From: Planctomycetota bacterium
GTDB lineage: Bacteria; Planctomycetota; UBA8108; JACQVS01
Length of the DNA: 64,000 nucleotides
Direction: 5' to 3'
Assembly (NCBI GenBank): GCA_016209605.1
Contig: JACQVS010000106.1
Location: 74,274 to 138,273 of the forward strand
In this document: piece by piece, positions 48,501 to 56,385 of the stretch
How positions within the stretch are numbered: position 1 is the first letter of the stretch
Layout: the number at the start of each line of letters is the position of its first letter
Program-made: the position numbers and the translations under genes
Notes under the pieces: generated by a model
The model's database searches: none
What the model saw: only the letters and a program-made list of their open reading frames with translations
What the model was told of the DNA's origin: nothing

Positions 48501-49502
48501 GATGGGAGCCGGCGTGTCGATGCTCCCGCCGTCTACAAACCAGGCGTAAAAGTCCGATTCATCGCCGGCGGGCGGAAAGGGACGCTCGGCCCCTCGATCA
48601 TCGACAAGGATGACCTTGAACTTGGCGAGGGTGCGGTCAGGAAGCGGTTCCACGGCCACGGTGTATTTCCCATCGGCCGCTTTCGAGTCCGGCCACGCCC
48701 CGTCGTCGCGCATGGCGTGGTCGCTAGCAAAATTGTTGAGGAAGAGGCGGAGGGTGATGGCCTGGAGCGGGATCTCTGAAAAAACCTGGGCGCTCACCTT
48801 CACCTGATCCGCGGGCGTGACCGCCGTGGGGTTGACTCTGACATCGTAGGCCATGGGAGGAAGGGCCGCGGCGCTGGAACGGTTGGGGGCGCCGGGCGTC
48901 GGCGGCCGGCCAGGTCCCCAGTTGCCGGGAAAGTCGTGAGGCGCCGCCGGCTTGATCAACTCCAGCGCTGCTCCTTCTCCATCCGCCTCCTGGGGCCAGT
49001 CTTCGTTGTCGTTGTACTCCACTTGATCGACGACGGCCCCCTTGGAATCGGCCAGGAAGATCTTCTCCCCCGAGTTGCTCAACTTCCCTTCGTAAATCCC
49101 CGCCAGGTTGATCCCGGGATAGGTTCTCAAGAATTCATCCCTCGTTGCCGCGACCACGGCGTATTCCGAGGCGCCGAGAACAAAGCCGGCTGGAAAGACG
49201 AAGCGGATTCCGCCGCTCAAGATCCAGCCCGAGAGGTCCGCGGCCTCGCCGCCATTCCAGAGCTCGATGAATTCTTCAACCTCGAGCGATCCGGGGGGGT
49301 TGTAGTGGATCTCGTTAATGATGACCTGGGAGGCGGCAGGCCGGGTCCACAGCAACGCCAGCCCGAGAGCGGCCAGTGCGAGGCCGTGAATTCCCGTCCC
49401 GCTCCCGCACCTTGCCGCCAGTGGCGTGAAAAATTTCTTTTGAACGATCACGGGCAGGGGAAGCTCTCGCAACTGAACTTTAGAACCTCGACTGATCCGC
49501 AT
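45543..49502 (-). CDS. Secreted LTD - CotH - LTD - dockerin-like/Cys-tail protein (CotH-family atypical kinase)
   Basis: Two lamin-tail domains (VIINEIHYNPPG..EFIELWN; VVVNEIMYRA..EFIELKN). CotH core (KYSWRLEFP..., NYYFYQDELNGNRWVRFPWDMDITWGY). C-terminal FHRADVDSSGALEVTDAV...ADANNDGALDISDGV...CGSD...GCANYPPC. An alternative GTG start at 49451 forms a GTGA overlap with the upstream stop. Confidence 0.85.
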   Translation of the reverse strand: MRISRGSKVQLRELPLPVIVQKKFFTPLAARCGSGTGIHGLALAALGLALLWTRPAASQVIINEIHYNPPGSLEVEEFIELWNGGEAADLSGWILSGGIRFVFPAGFVLGASEYAVVAATRDEFLRTYPGINLAGIYEGKLSNSGEKIFLADSKGAVVDQVEYNDNEDWPQEADGEGAALELIKPAAPHDFPGNWGPGRPPTPGAPNRSSAAALPPMAYDVRVNPTAVTPADQVKVSAQVFSEIPLQAITLRLFLNNFASDHAMRDDGAWPDSKAADGKYTVAVEPLPDRTLAKFKVILVDDRGAERPFPPAGDESDFYAWFVDGGSIDTPAPIILIFLSPEKLKILDDNAQIRSPGDPRYPHFDDAFPGFAVLDGRVHRKVAIRHRGGFASRHAGRLKYSWRLEFPDWDRYQGREVLVIQGNMHWDDPYQRGDNGLKDKLCYLTFDRAGVPSSRTRFIRLMVNDSFFGWHVEVEAIDETFLERNGFTGLGDLYKHGRTASAHNYPVPSYSSAYEKQSNDRADYSSIRNFVEGLAGSSSDTPGTMMVAGRIWKRDGGVRPALPTFTQLGLSEFNTKRASIGLIAYNCLAEFDGICIADQSSAPNSCNLLVENGEAIDDWTGVEGTWEAGGAIRLVSPLRASHHRLARPGIIDFSKRPITVTYDVRITSQKTGDNWAGAGLFLGDPPGHAFSGTLCPSLRYLNSSSEGLHLVNAGIRWINESGQFRWQVGEWHRVEYIVSLSEGGGTGTKGFLENNVHLELYRRYLAAIILSTHWDSTSQNYYFYQDELNGNRWVRFPWDMDITWGYSRRKPPPAQGHNLHPYDGSTLNPEPQEFMVSALRSAYLGVPEFRDQLKDTLAEALVTYFTETEIQPVIDRIQKTDGEEAQMDVDKWNALDTSWNWKGFSFHARFDKVYVSSRRKYLAEFLDREPLLSQASVGPQPAGPGDALTFTANALGSRYDGTYDLGPSNLVSVKLHFLQGGEESAVDMAAVDSRIHDFYAVAIPPLHKEARLFYCFSARDDKGREGFLPDPGRHGFEYLALDVKSGPPVPGDVVVNEIMYRARYYDIEFIELKNNLHRTMDLSGWKLKVASVAAEYVFPEGTLIEPDGFLVLSRNTRAVFEYYNIVQVAGTDLPFFLANGGDTISLWDEAGRLMDSVAYGDDPPWPEEADGGGPSLELIDSRSDNRLPGSWGASARQGSPGRPNSISGPEIPPQPGGVEAPLFHRADVDSSGALEVTDAVVLLRHLFLGDPGPACREAADANNDGALDISDGVTILKFTFLGGTPPADPGPPGEPCGSDPDSPGSPQDLGCANYPPCAN

Positions 49503-52500
49503 TCCGGGAAAGGCGCCGCCGGCGGAGCACCACCCAGGAAGGCGAAGTACAGGTCGATGATGGCGTCCGTTTGATTGATGTTCCCATCCCCGTCCGCATC
49601 CAGCGCTTCCAGGCAGGTTCCAGGAGATCCTCCCAGGAAGGCATAGAGCAGGATGAGGATGGCATCGGTGGCGTTGATCTCTCCGTTGGATTCGACGTCG
49701 CCGCGGCGGAAAAGGTTCCCATCCGGCTTCCCCGCATAAAGCTCGATCTCGTCAAAGACGTTTTGAAGCTGCGTCACCACACGGATGGCGCGCGCCTGGA
49801 CCTGGTTGAAGCCGTAACGGCGCCGCAAGTTGGGAAAGTCGTTTCCAGAGAGGTGGTCCTTGGCCGCGCCCAGAGGCTTCCAGTTCACGGCGGCCACCGC
49901 TTGGTCGCTCGCGTGGTCAAACTCCTCGGCAGCGTACTCGACGATGTGCAAGCCGCCAGCCCGGTCAAACAAGTTTCCCAGGTTGTCTCTCCCCAGCGCG
50001 ATCTCGCCGACGGCGCGGGGGCCGCCGGTGAAATAAATCCCGGCGTAGATCTTGCCGGAGACCGGCCCCGCCTCGGCGCCAAGCCAGCTGTTGTCGTTGC
50101 CGTAAAAACCGTCGTTCAAGTGTGGAATGGAATGCTGCGGCAAGTCGAGGGTCGGCGTTCCAAAGGCGACGGCATCGGCCGCCAGAGCCAGGTTGCCGTT
50201 GGCAAAGAGGGGAACGTCGAAGGGGAGCGCCGGAGTGGAGAACGGCCCCCCAACCTCGAGCAGCGCCAAAGTCTTGAGCCCGGGCGGCGGCTCCACCACC
50301 TCCCCCGCCTCCTCGTACACCTCCAGCTCATCGATGGCCGTCCCCTCTCCCAGTCCGACGGCGGGAACCAGGATCCGCACGGCGGTCGCCTCGACGGCAT
50401 TGAAATTGAAGCGATGGCGCAGCCAGGGGAGCCCGTCGGGAGGAAAAGCGCCAGCGTAGTTGGCGTAACCCACGCTCTTCCACTCTGAAGCCGGTGTGGC
50501 CGCGCCGGCATCCGGGACGGTAGCGACCTGGAGGATGTAAAGGCCCTGGTTGCGGTCAGTGTACTCCTGGGCTTCGCCGCCATTGTCGCGCCCGAAGGCG
50601 ATGCTCCGGATGGTGAACAGCCCTCTGAGGTTGATCCCGGCAAATCCGGGATTGCCGCTCTCGCCGATCCAGCTGTTGGTGTTGCCGTAGAGGCCGTCGT
50701 TGAGATGGGCCGTGATATGGAAGTCGAATCCCGCCAGGGAATCGATGGCGAAGGCCGTCGCCTCCGGCCTCACCGCCAGATCCTTGGCTGGCTCCAGGGA
50801 GCCGCTGAGCTCGACCAGCTTCAGCTCCTCCCCCAGCTCCGAGGTGTCCAGGTAAAGCTCGATCTCATCGAGCGCGTTCCCCTGGCGGGTGATGATCCGC
50901 ACCGCCCGGGCTTGAACCAGATCCAGCCTGTAGAGCCGCCTCAAGCCCGGCCCGGCGGCGCCGAGGTGCCCTTCGGCCTGGCCGACCGCCGTCCAGCGGG
51001 CCGTCTCGATCAAGCCGGGAAGGGTGAAATCGATGAGGCTTTCAGTGACCTGAAGGATGTAGGGCCCCTCCGCCCGCTCGGAAGCTTGGCCGGTATTGTC
51101 CCTCCCCAGAGCGATGCGGTTCACGGCCCTCGGGCGGTCTTGAAAAAAGACCCCGGCATAGACGAGGCTCAGGCCGCCGGCCGGCTGCTCTCCAAGCCAA
51201 CCGCTCGCGTCTCCGTAGAGGCCATCGGCGAGCGCGTCGATCTTGTGAGGATCGGCTGTCGGCGAGCCGAAGGCCCTGGCATCGGCGGCTCGAGCCAGGT
51301 TGCCGGCCTCCGCGCCCGGAACATCCCCTGGGGCCGCGGGAGTCGCACCCGGGCCGCCGGTCTGAAGAAGCTGGAGCGGCGGGAAGGCGGAGCCGCGGTT
51401 CACCACGATCTTCCCGAGTTCGAGCTCGTCAAGGGCGTTCCCAAGAGCGGTGACCACGCGAACGGCGCGGGCGCTCACCGGCGCTGGAAGCCGGTAACGG
51501 CGGCGCAAGTTGGGAGGCGCCTCCTCGAGATGGGCGCGGGCCCGCCCCAGGACTTGCCAGGTCGCGGCGGCGACCTGCGCATCGTCGGTGAAGTCGAACT
51601 CGTCCTGGGTGTACTCGATCAGGTGGGCGCCCGCGGCGCGATCCGCGTACTGGTTCAAGTTGTCGCGGCCAAGGGCGATCTCCTCGATGGTCTTGGCCCC
51701 CCCGGTGAAGTAAATGCCGGCGTAGACCCGGCGGCTCGAGAGGCCCTCCTCGTTTCCAAGCCAGCTATTGGGGTTGCCGTAAAGGCCGTCGTTGAGATGG
51801 GGGATGGTGTGGGCCGGATCGGGATAGGGAGGCGTGCCGAAGGCCACCGCATCGGCGGCTCGAGCCAGGTTCCCCTCGGCCAGGGTGGAGACATCCCCGG
51901 GGGAGATCGGGGGATTCACCGAACCCCCTTTCTCGATAAGTTCCAGGTCGGGGAAGAAAGGGCAAGGGTCCCTGTCCTCGCCCGGAATACCGTAAACTTC
52001 CAGTTCATCGATGGCGGTCCCGTCTCCCAGGCCGGCGGCGGGAACCGTGAGGCGCACGCCGGTGGCTTCCACCGGCGCGAAGTTGAAGCGGTGGCGAAGG
52101 TAGGGCTTTTCCGGACAGAGGCCCCCGCCGTAGACCACCTGGCCGATGGCAGTCCAGCTGGCATTGGGGGTGAGGTGGTCGGGATTGTCTGCCGTGGTGA
52201 ACTGCAGGATGTAGCGGCCCCCGGAGCGGTCGGTGTAAACCTGCGCTTCGCCGCCGTTATCGCGGCCGAAGGCGATGCTGGCGATCGGGAAGCGGCCGCC
52301 GAAGTTGATCCCCACGAACAAGCCGGTCTGGCCGATCCAGCTGTTCGAGTTGCCGTAGATCCCATCGTTCAGGTGAGGGATGTTGTGGATCGTCTCAAAG
52401 CCGGCAAGGGAATCCGGGGCGAAGGCAGCGGCTCCAGGGCCCGCGGCCAGGTTGTCGGCGGCGAACTCGCCCCCCTCCTCCACCAACTGCAGGTCCGCCA

Positions 52501-53128
52501 GAGGGGGGAGGACGCAGTTTTCGGCGAGGACTTCGCCGGCAGCCTCGTAGATCTCGATCTCGTCAATGGCGGTGCCGAGGCCCAGGCCGGTTCCCGGGAC
52601 GATCAAGCGGATGCCGGTCGCCGCCACCGGGGAGAAGTTGAAGCGGTGCCGGAGCCAAGGGGAGGGGGGGCACAATCCATCGTAGAAGACTTCGCCGATG
52701 GTGACCCAGTCCGGGTTTGGAGTCGCCGCGCCCGGCGAGGGCGCCTGAGTGTACTGCAGCACGTAACGGCCCTGATTGCGGTCGGTGTACTCCAGGGCCT
52801 CGCCGCCGTTATCGCGGCCGAAGGCGATGCTGGCGATGGTGAAGCTCCCCCCCAGGCTGAGGCCGGCAAAGCCGGGATTGCCGGTATTGCCGATCCAACT
52901 GTTGGTGTTGCCATAAATCCCATCGTTCAAGCGCTCGATCCGGTGGACATCAAAGCCGATGTCGGCGAGCGCATCGATGGCAAAGGGAACGGCTTGGGGG
53001 CCGGTGGCGAGATTGTTGGGACCGAAGGCACCGCCCACCTCGACCAGAGCCAGTTGCGCCTCGAGGCGGGCAGATGCCAAGGACGCTAGCAGAATTGAAA
53101 AAGCTAACGGTTTGAGCAGCGGCTGCAT
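49448..53128 (-). CDS. Secreted giant repeat protein A: six ~170-180-aa discoidin-like modules (order I-I-II-II-I-II) + dockerin-like/Cys-tail
   Basis: I place the start at ATG 53128 (GAAGGAG RBS; MQPLLKPLAFSILLASLASARLEAQ). Each module carries HLNDG(I/L/F)YGN.NSW(I/L)G and ...FGRDN.... C-terminal FRRGDVESNGEINATDAI...LDADGDGNINQTDAI...ECGS...SCESFPCP. Confidence 0.8.
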   Translation of the reverse strand: MQPLLKPLAFSILLASLASARLEAQLALVEVGGAFGPNNLATGPQAVPFAIDALADIGFDVHRIERLNDGIYGNTNSWIGNTGNPGFAGLSLGGSFTIASIAFGRDNGGEALEYTDRNQGRYVLQYTQAPSPGAATPNPDWVTIGEVFYDGLCPPSPWLRHRFNFSPVAATGIRLIVPGTGLGLGTAIDEIEIYEAAGEVLAENCVLPPLADLQLVEEGGEFAADNLAAGPGAAAFAPDSLAGFETIHNIPHLNDGIYGNSNSWIGQTGLFVGINFGGRFPIASIAFGRDNGGEAQVYTDRSGGRYILQFTTADNPDHLTPNASWTAIGQVVYGGGLCPEKPYLRHRFNFAPVEATGVRLTVPAAGLGDGTAIDELEVYGIPGEDRDPCPFFPDLELIEKGGSVNPPISPGDVSTLAEGNLARAADAVAFGTPPYPDPAHTIPHLNDGLYGNPNSWLGNEEGLSSRRVYAGIYFTGGAKTIEEIALGRDNLNQYADRAAGAHLIEYTQDEFDFTDDAQVAAATWQVLGRARAHLEEAPPNLRRRYRLPAPVSARAVRVVTALGNALDELELGKIVVNRGSAFPPLQLLQTGGPGATPAAPGDVPGAEAGNLARAADARAFGSPTADPHKIDALADGLYGDASGWLGEQPAGGLSLVYAGVFFQDRPRAVNRIALGRDNTGQASERAEGPYILQVTESLIDFTLPGLIETARWTAVGQAEGHLGAAGPGLRRLYRLDLVQARAVRIITRQGNALDEIELYLDTSELGEELKLVELSGSLEPAKDLAVRPEATAFAIDSLAGFDFHITAHLNDGLYGNTNSWIGESGNPGFAGINLRGLFTIRSIAFGRDNGGEAQEYTDRNQGLYILQVATVPDAGAATPASEWKSVGYANYAGAFPPDGLPWLRHRFNFNAVEATAVRILVPAVGLGEGTAIDELEVYEEAGEVVEPPPGLKTLALLEVGGPFSTPALPFDVPLFANGNLALAADAVAFGTPTLDLPQHSIPHLNDGFYGNDNSWLGAEAGPVSGKIYAGIYFTGGPRAVGEIALGRDNLGNLFDRAGGLHIVEYAAEEFDHASDQAVAAVNWKPLGAAKDHLSGNDFPNLRRRYGFNQVQARAIRVVTQLQNVFDEIELYAGKPDGNLFRRGDVESNGEINATDAILILLYAFLGGSPGTCLEALDADGDGNINQTDAIIDLYFAFLGGAPPAAPFPECGSVEVLKFSCESFPCP

Positions 53129-53168
53129 GGCTTCTCCTTCATGATCTAGGGCCGTGGTTCTTGAAAAA

Positions 53169-56100
53169 TCATGGACAACCCACGTTTCCGCCGCAGCGGG
53201 CGATCTCAGGCACGAGGAGGCATCCCGCTCCCTGGACCGGCGGGGGGCCTCCGGTAAAGAGGTGCCGCGCCAGGAAGAGGATCTCCGGGATATCCACCTG
53301 ATTGTTCCCGTCGAGATCAAGAACCATCAAATTGCCGGGACTCGTCAGGTCATCGCCGCCGCAGGGGGAATCCACCCCCGAGCGGTCGAGGATGAAGAAG
53401 CCGCGGAACTTCAAGCGGAGGATGCACACGATGTCGGTCACATCGCGCCTCCCATCCTGGTTGCAGTCGCCGGCAAGCTGGTAGCGCGGCTCAAAGAGCT
53501 CGATCTCGTCGATGGCGTTCTGGCCCTCGGTGAGGACGCGGATAGCGCGGGCGCTGAGGAGATCGAAGCGGTAGCGATGGCGGAGGTGAGCCATCCCATC
53601 GGTGAGGTGGGCCTGAGCCAGGCCCACGGGAATCCAGTTGGCGGCGTCGGTGGCCCCATCAGCCGCCGGATCGAAGGTATCCAGGGTGTACTGGACCAGA
53701 TAAGGCCCGGCGGCGCGGTCCAGGAACTGGCTCAGATTGTCGCGGCCCAAGGCAATGCCATGGATCTGCCGGGGGCCGCCGGAGAAATAAACGCCGGCAT
53801 AGACTTTTTGAGACGTCGGCCCGGGCTCGTTGCCGAGCCAGCTGTTGGAGTTGCCGTAGAGGCCGTCATTGAGATGCGGGATGGTGTGGGCAGGGTGCGG
53901 AAAGGGCGGCGTGCCGAATGCCACGGCATCGGGAGCCCGTGCCGCGTTCCCATCCTCGAAGGTGGGGACATCGCCCGCCGCGGCCGGCGTCGCCAGGGGG
54001 CCGCCGGTCTGGACCAGCTCGAGGGGCACTGGGACGACGCATTCCAGGCTCCCCGCCCCCGGATAGTTGTAGGCCTCGAGTTCATCGATCGCGGTGCCTG
54101 CAGCCAGGCCGGTTGCCGGCACGATCAGCCGGATGCCGGTCGCCTCAACGGCTGGAAAGTTGTAGCGATGGCGCAGGAACGAGCTTGGCGGGCAAAAGCT
54201 GTTGACGTCGATCTGGCCGATGGTGATCCAGTCGCAATCCGGCGTGGTGGCGCCGGGCGCGCTCGCCGTGGTGTACTGGAGGATGTAGAGCCCGGTGGCC
54301 CGGTCGGTGAAGGTTTGGGCTTCGCCGCCATTGTCGCGGCCAAAAGCGATGCTCACCACCGTCCCCGGGCCGCCAAAGGCAATGCCGGCAATGCCGGGAT
54401 TGCCGGTGTTGCCGATCCAGCTGTTGGTGTTGCCGTAGAGGCCATCGTTCAAGTGCTCGATCCGGTGGTTGTCAAAGCCAATGTCGGCCAGCGCGTCGAT
54501 GGCGAAGGCGAGCGCTCCCGCGGTTGACAGATTCTTGGCGTCGAAAGTTCCCCCAACTTCGGACAAGACAATTTCACCGACCACGGGATCCAGAAGCTCG
54601 AGCTCGTCAATGACGTTTCCAAGGGCGGTCAAGACCCGCACCGCACGCGCTTGAATCCCGCCGAGGCAGTAAACGTGGCGGAACGCCGCCAAGCCATCGC
54701 TCAGGTGTGCTGTGGCTTCGCCCACCGTCCGCCAGTTGGCGGCGTCGGTGGCCGCGTCGCTGGCAGGGTCGAACTCATCCAGGGTGAACTGGACCAGGTA
54801 AGTGCCAACCGCCCGGTCGCCGAAGGTCCCGGTGTTATCCCGCCCCAAGGCGAGGTTGCGGATCCTCCTGACCCCATCGGTGAAGTAAATTCCCGCGTAA
54901 ACTTTCCCCGAGGCCGGCCCCGGCTCGTTGCCGAGCCAGCTGTTCGAGTTGCCGTAAAAGCCATCGTTCAAGTGCGGGATGGTGTGGGCAGGGTGCGGAA
55001 AGGGCGGCGTCCCGAAAGCCACGGCGTCCGGGGCGCGGGCGACGTTTCTCAACGCCAGGCTGGGGACATCGGTCGGCAGCGCCGGGGTGGTCACCGGCCC
55101 GCCGGTTTCCACGAGCGGCAAGACTGGAGGAGGCGGCGCGCCGATTTGCATCCCCAGCTCGAGCTCATCGATGACGTTTCCCAGAACGGTCAGGATGCGG
55201 ACCGCTCTGGCGGAGACCTGGCTGAAACTGTAGAGGCGGCGCAAGGGGGAAGGGGTCGTACAGAGCGCGGCAAATCCAATCGCCGTCCAGGCGGCGGCGT
55301 CCACCGCGGCGTCGTTCGATGGATCGAACGCATCCTGGGTGTACTGGATCGTGTAAATGCCGTCAATGCGGTCGCCAAAGGCGCCGAGGTTGTCGCGCCC
55401 GAAGGCGATTTGCGCCAGGTCCTTCAAGCCGTCATTGAAATAAATCCCGGCGTAAACCTTTCCCGAGGCCGCCCCGGGCTCGATCCCGAGCCAGCTGTTG
55501 GAGTTGCCGTAGAGGCCGTCGTTGAGGTGCGGGATGGTGTGAGCCGGCGCTGGAAAGGGCGGCGTTCCGAAGGCGATGGCATCGGCGCCGCGGGCGAGGT
55601 TGCCATCCGCGAGAGCGGGAACGTCTCCGGCTAGGGCCGGGGTGGTCAAGGGGCCTCCGGTCGCGAGGGGCGCCAGCAGCGTCGGGGGAGGTGTGGCGGT
55701 GACCGCCCCCGACGCGGCGTAGATCTCGATCTCGTCAATGGCCGTGCCCGCAGGCAGCCCGGTCGCGGGGACGAGCAGGCGCACCCCGGTCGCTTCAATC
55801 GGCGGGAAGTTGTAGCGGTGGCGCAGCCAGGGGGTGGAATCGGGAAAGACGCAGTTGTAATTCAGCTCACCGATTGCGGTCCAGTCGGAATCGGGAGTCG
55901 CGGCAGACGGGGAGGCCACCTGCGTGTACTGGAGGACATACCGCCCGGCGGTGCGGTCCATGAAGGTCTGCTCCTCGCCGCCGTTGTCGCGGCCGAAGGC
56001 CAAGCTGGCCACCGTCTTCAAGCCGCCGAGGCTGATACCGGCGATCCCCGGGCTGCCGGTCAAACCGATCCAGCTGTTGGTGTTGCCGTAAATCCCATCG

Positions 56101-56297
56101 TTCAAGTTGACGATGAAGTGAACCCCGAAATCGAGCTGGTCGATGGCGAAGGCCGCGGCGCCGGCCTCCCGGGCCAGATTGCCGGCATCGAAAGCACCTC
56201 CCACCTCCGCGAGCTCAATTTGCCCCGCAAGCCGGGGTGAAACCAAGACGATAAGGAAAAACAACAGGGAACATGAACTCATCCAACCCTTTCGCAT
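53169..56297 (-). CDS. Secreted giant repeat protein B, a paralogue of A: five modules (I-II-II-I-II) + divergent dockerin-like/Cys-tail
   Basis: I place the start at ATG 56297 (GGAGGT RBS; MRKGWMSSCSLLFFLIVLVSPRLAGQ). Same two module subtypes as A. C-terminal GDCNQDGRRDVTDIV...LDLDGNNQVDIPEIL...GCLLVPEIARCGGNVGCP. Confidence 0.8.
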   Translation of the reverse strand: MRKGWMSSCSLLFFLIVLVSPRLAGQIELAEVGGAFDAGNLAREAGAAAFAIDQLDFGVHFIVNLNDGIYGNTNSWIGLTGSPGIAGISLGGLKTVASLAFGRDNGGEEQTFMDRTAGRYVLQYTQVASPSAATPDSDWTAIGELNYNCVFPDSTPWLRHRYNFPPIEATGVRLLVPATGLPAGTAIDEIEIYAASGAVTATPPPTLLAPLATGGPLTTPALAGDVPALADGNLARGADAIAFGTPPFPAPAHTIPHLNDGLYGNSNSWLGIEPGAASGKVYAGIYFNDGLKDLAQIAFGRDNLGAFGDRIDGIYTIQYTQDAFDPSNDAAVDAAAWTAIGFAALCTTPSPLRRLYSFSQVSARAVRILTVLGNVIDELELGMQIGAPPPPVLPLVETGGPVTTPALPTDVPSLALRNVARAPDAVAFGTPPFPHPAHTIPHLNDGFYGNSNSWLGNEPGPASGKVYAGIYFTDGVRRIRNLALGRDNTGTFGDRAVGTYLVQFTLDEFDPASDAATDAANWRTVGEATAHLSDGLAAFRHVYCLGGIQARAVRVLTALGNVIDELELLDPVVGEIVLSEVGGTFDAKNLSTAGALAFAIDALADIGFDNHRIEHLNDGLYGNTNSWIGNTGNPGIAGIAFGGPGTVVSIAFGRDNGGEAQTFTDRATGLYILQYTTASAPGATTPDCDWITIGQIDVNSFCPPSSFLRHRYNFPAVEATGIRLIVPATGLAAGTAIDELEAYNYPGAGSLECVVPVPLELVQTGGPLATPAAAGDVPTFEDGNAARAPDAVAFGTPPFPHPAHTIPHLNDGLYGNSNSWLGNEPGPTSQKVYAGVYFSGGPRQIHGIALGRDNLSQFLDRAAGPYLVQYTLDTFDPAADGATDAANWIPVGLAQAHLTDGMAHLRHRYRFDLLSARAIRVLTEGQNAIDEIELFEPRYQLAGDCNQDGRRDVTDIVCILRLKFRGFFILDRSGVDSPCGGDDLTSPGNLMVLDLDGNNQVDIPEILFLARHLFTGGPPPVQGAGCLLVPEIARCGGNVGCP

Positions 56298-56385
56298 ATT
56301 TACCTCCAAAGACCCAACCACTAGGGATTTTAGAAAAAAATCGTCTAACCTGAAATCACATCATGGACTGGTTTTGACAGACACT

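Noticed and set aside
49448-56321. Periodic DNA repeats that could be mistaken for a CRISPR-like or satellite array.
   Set aside because: The period is about 500-1100 nt and the repeats lie entirely within two long open reading frames. They correspond to protein modules, with no short direct repeats separated by unique spacers.
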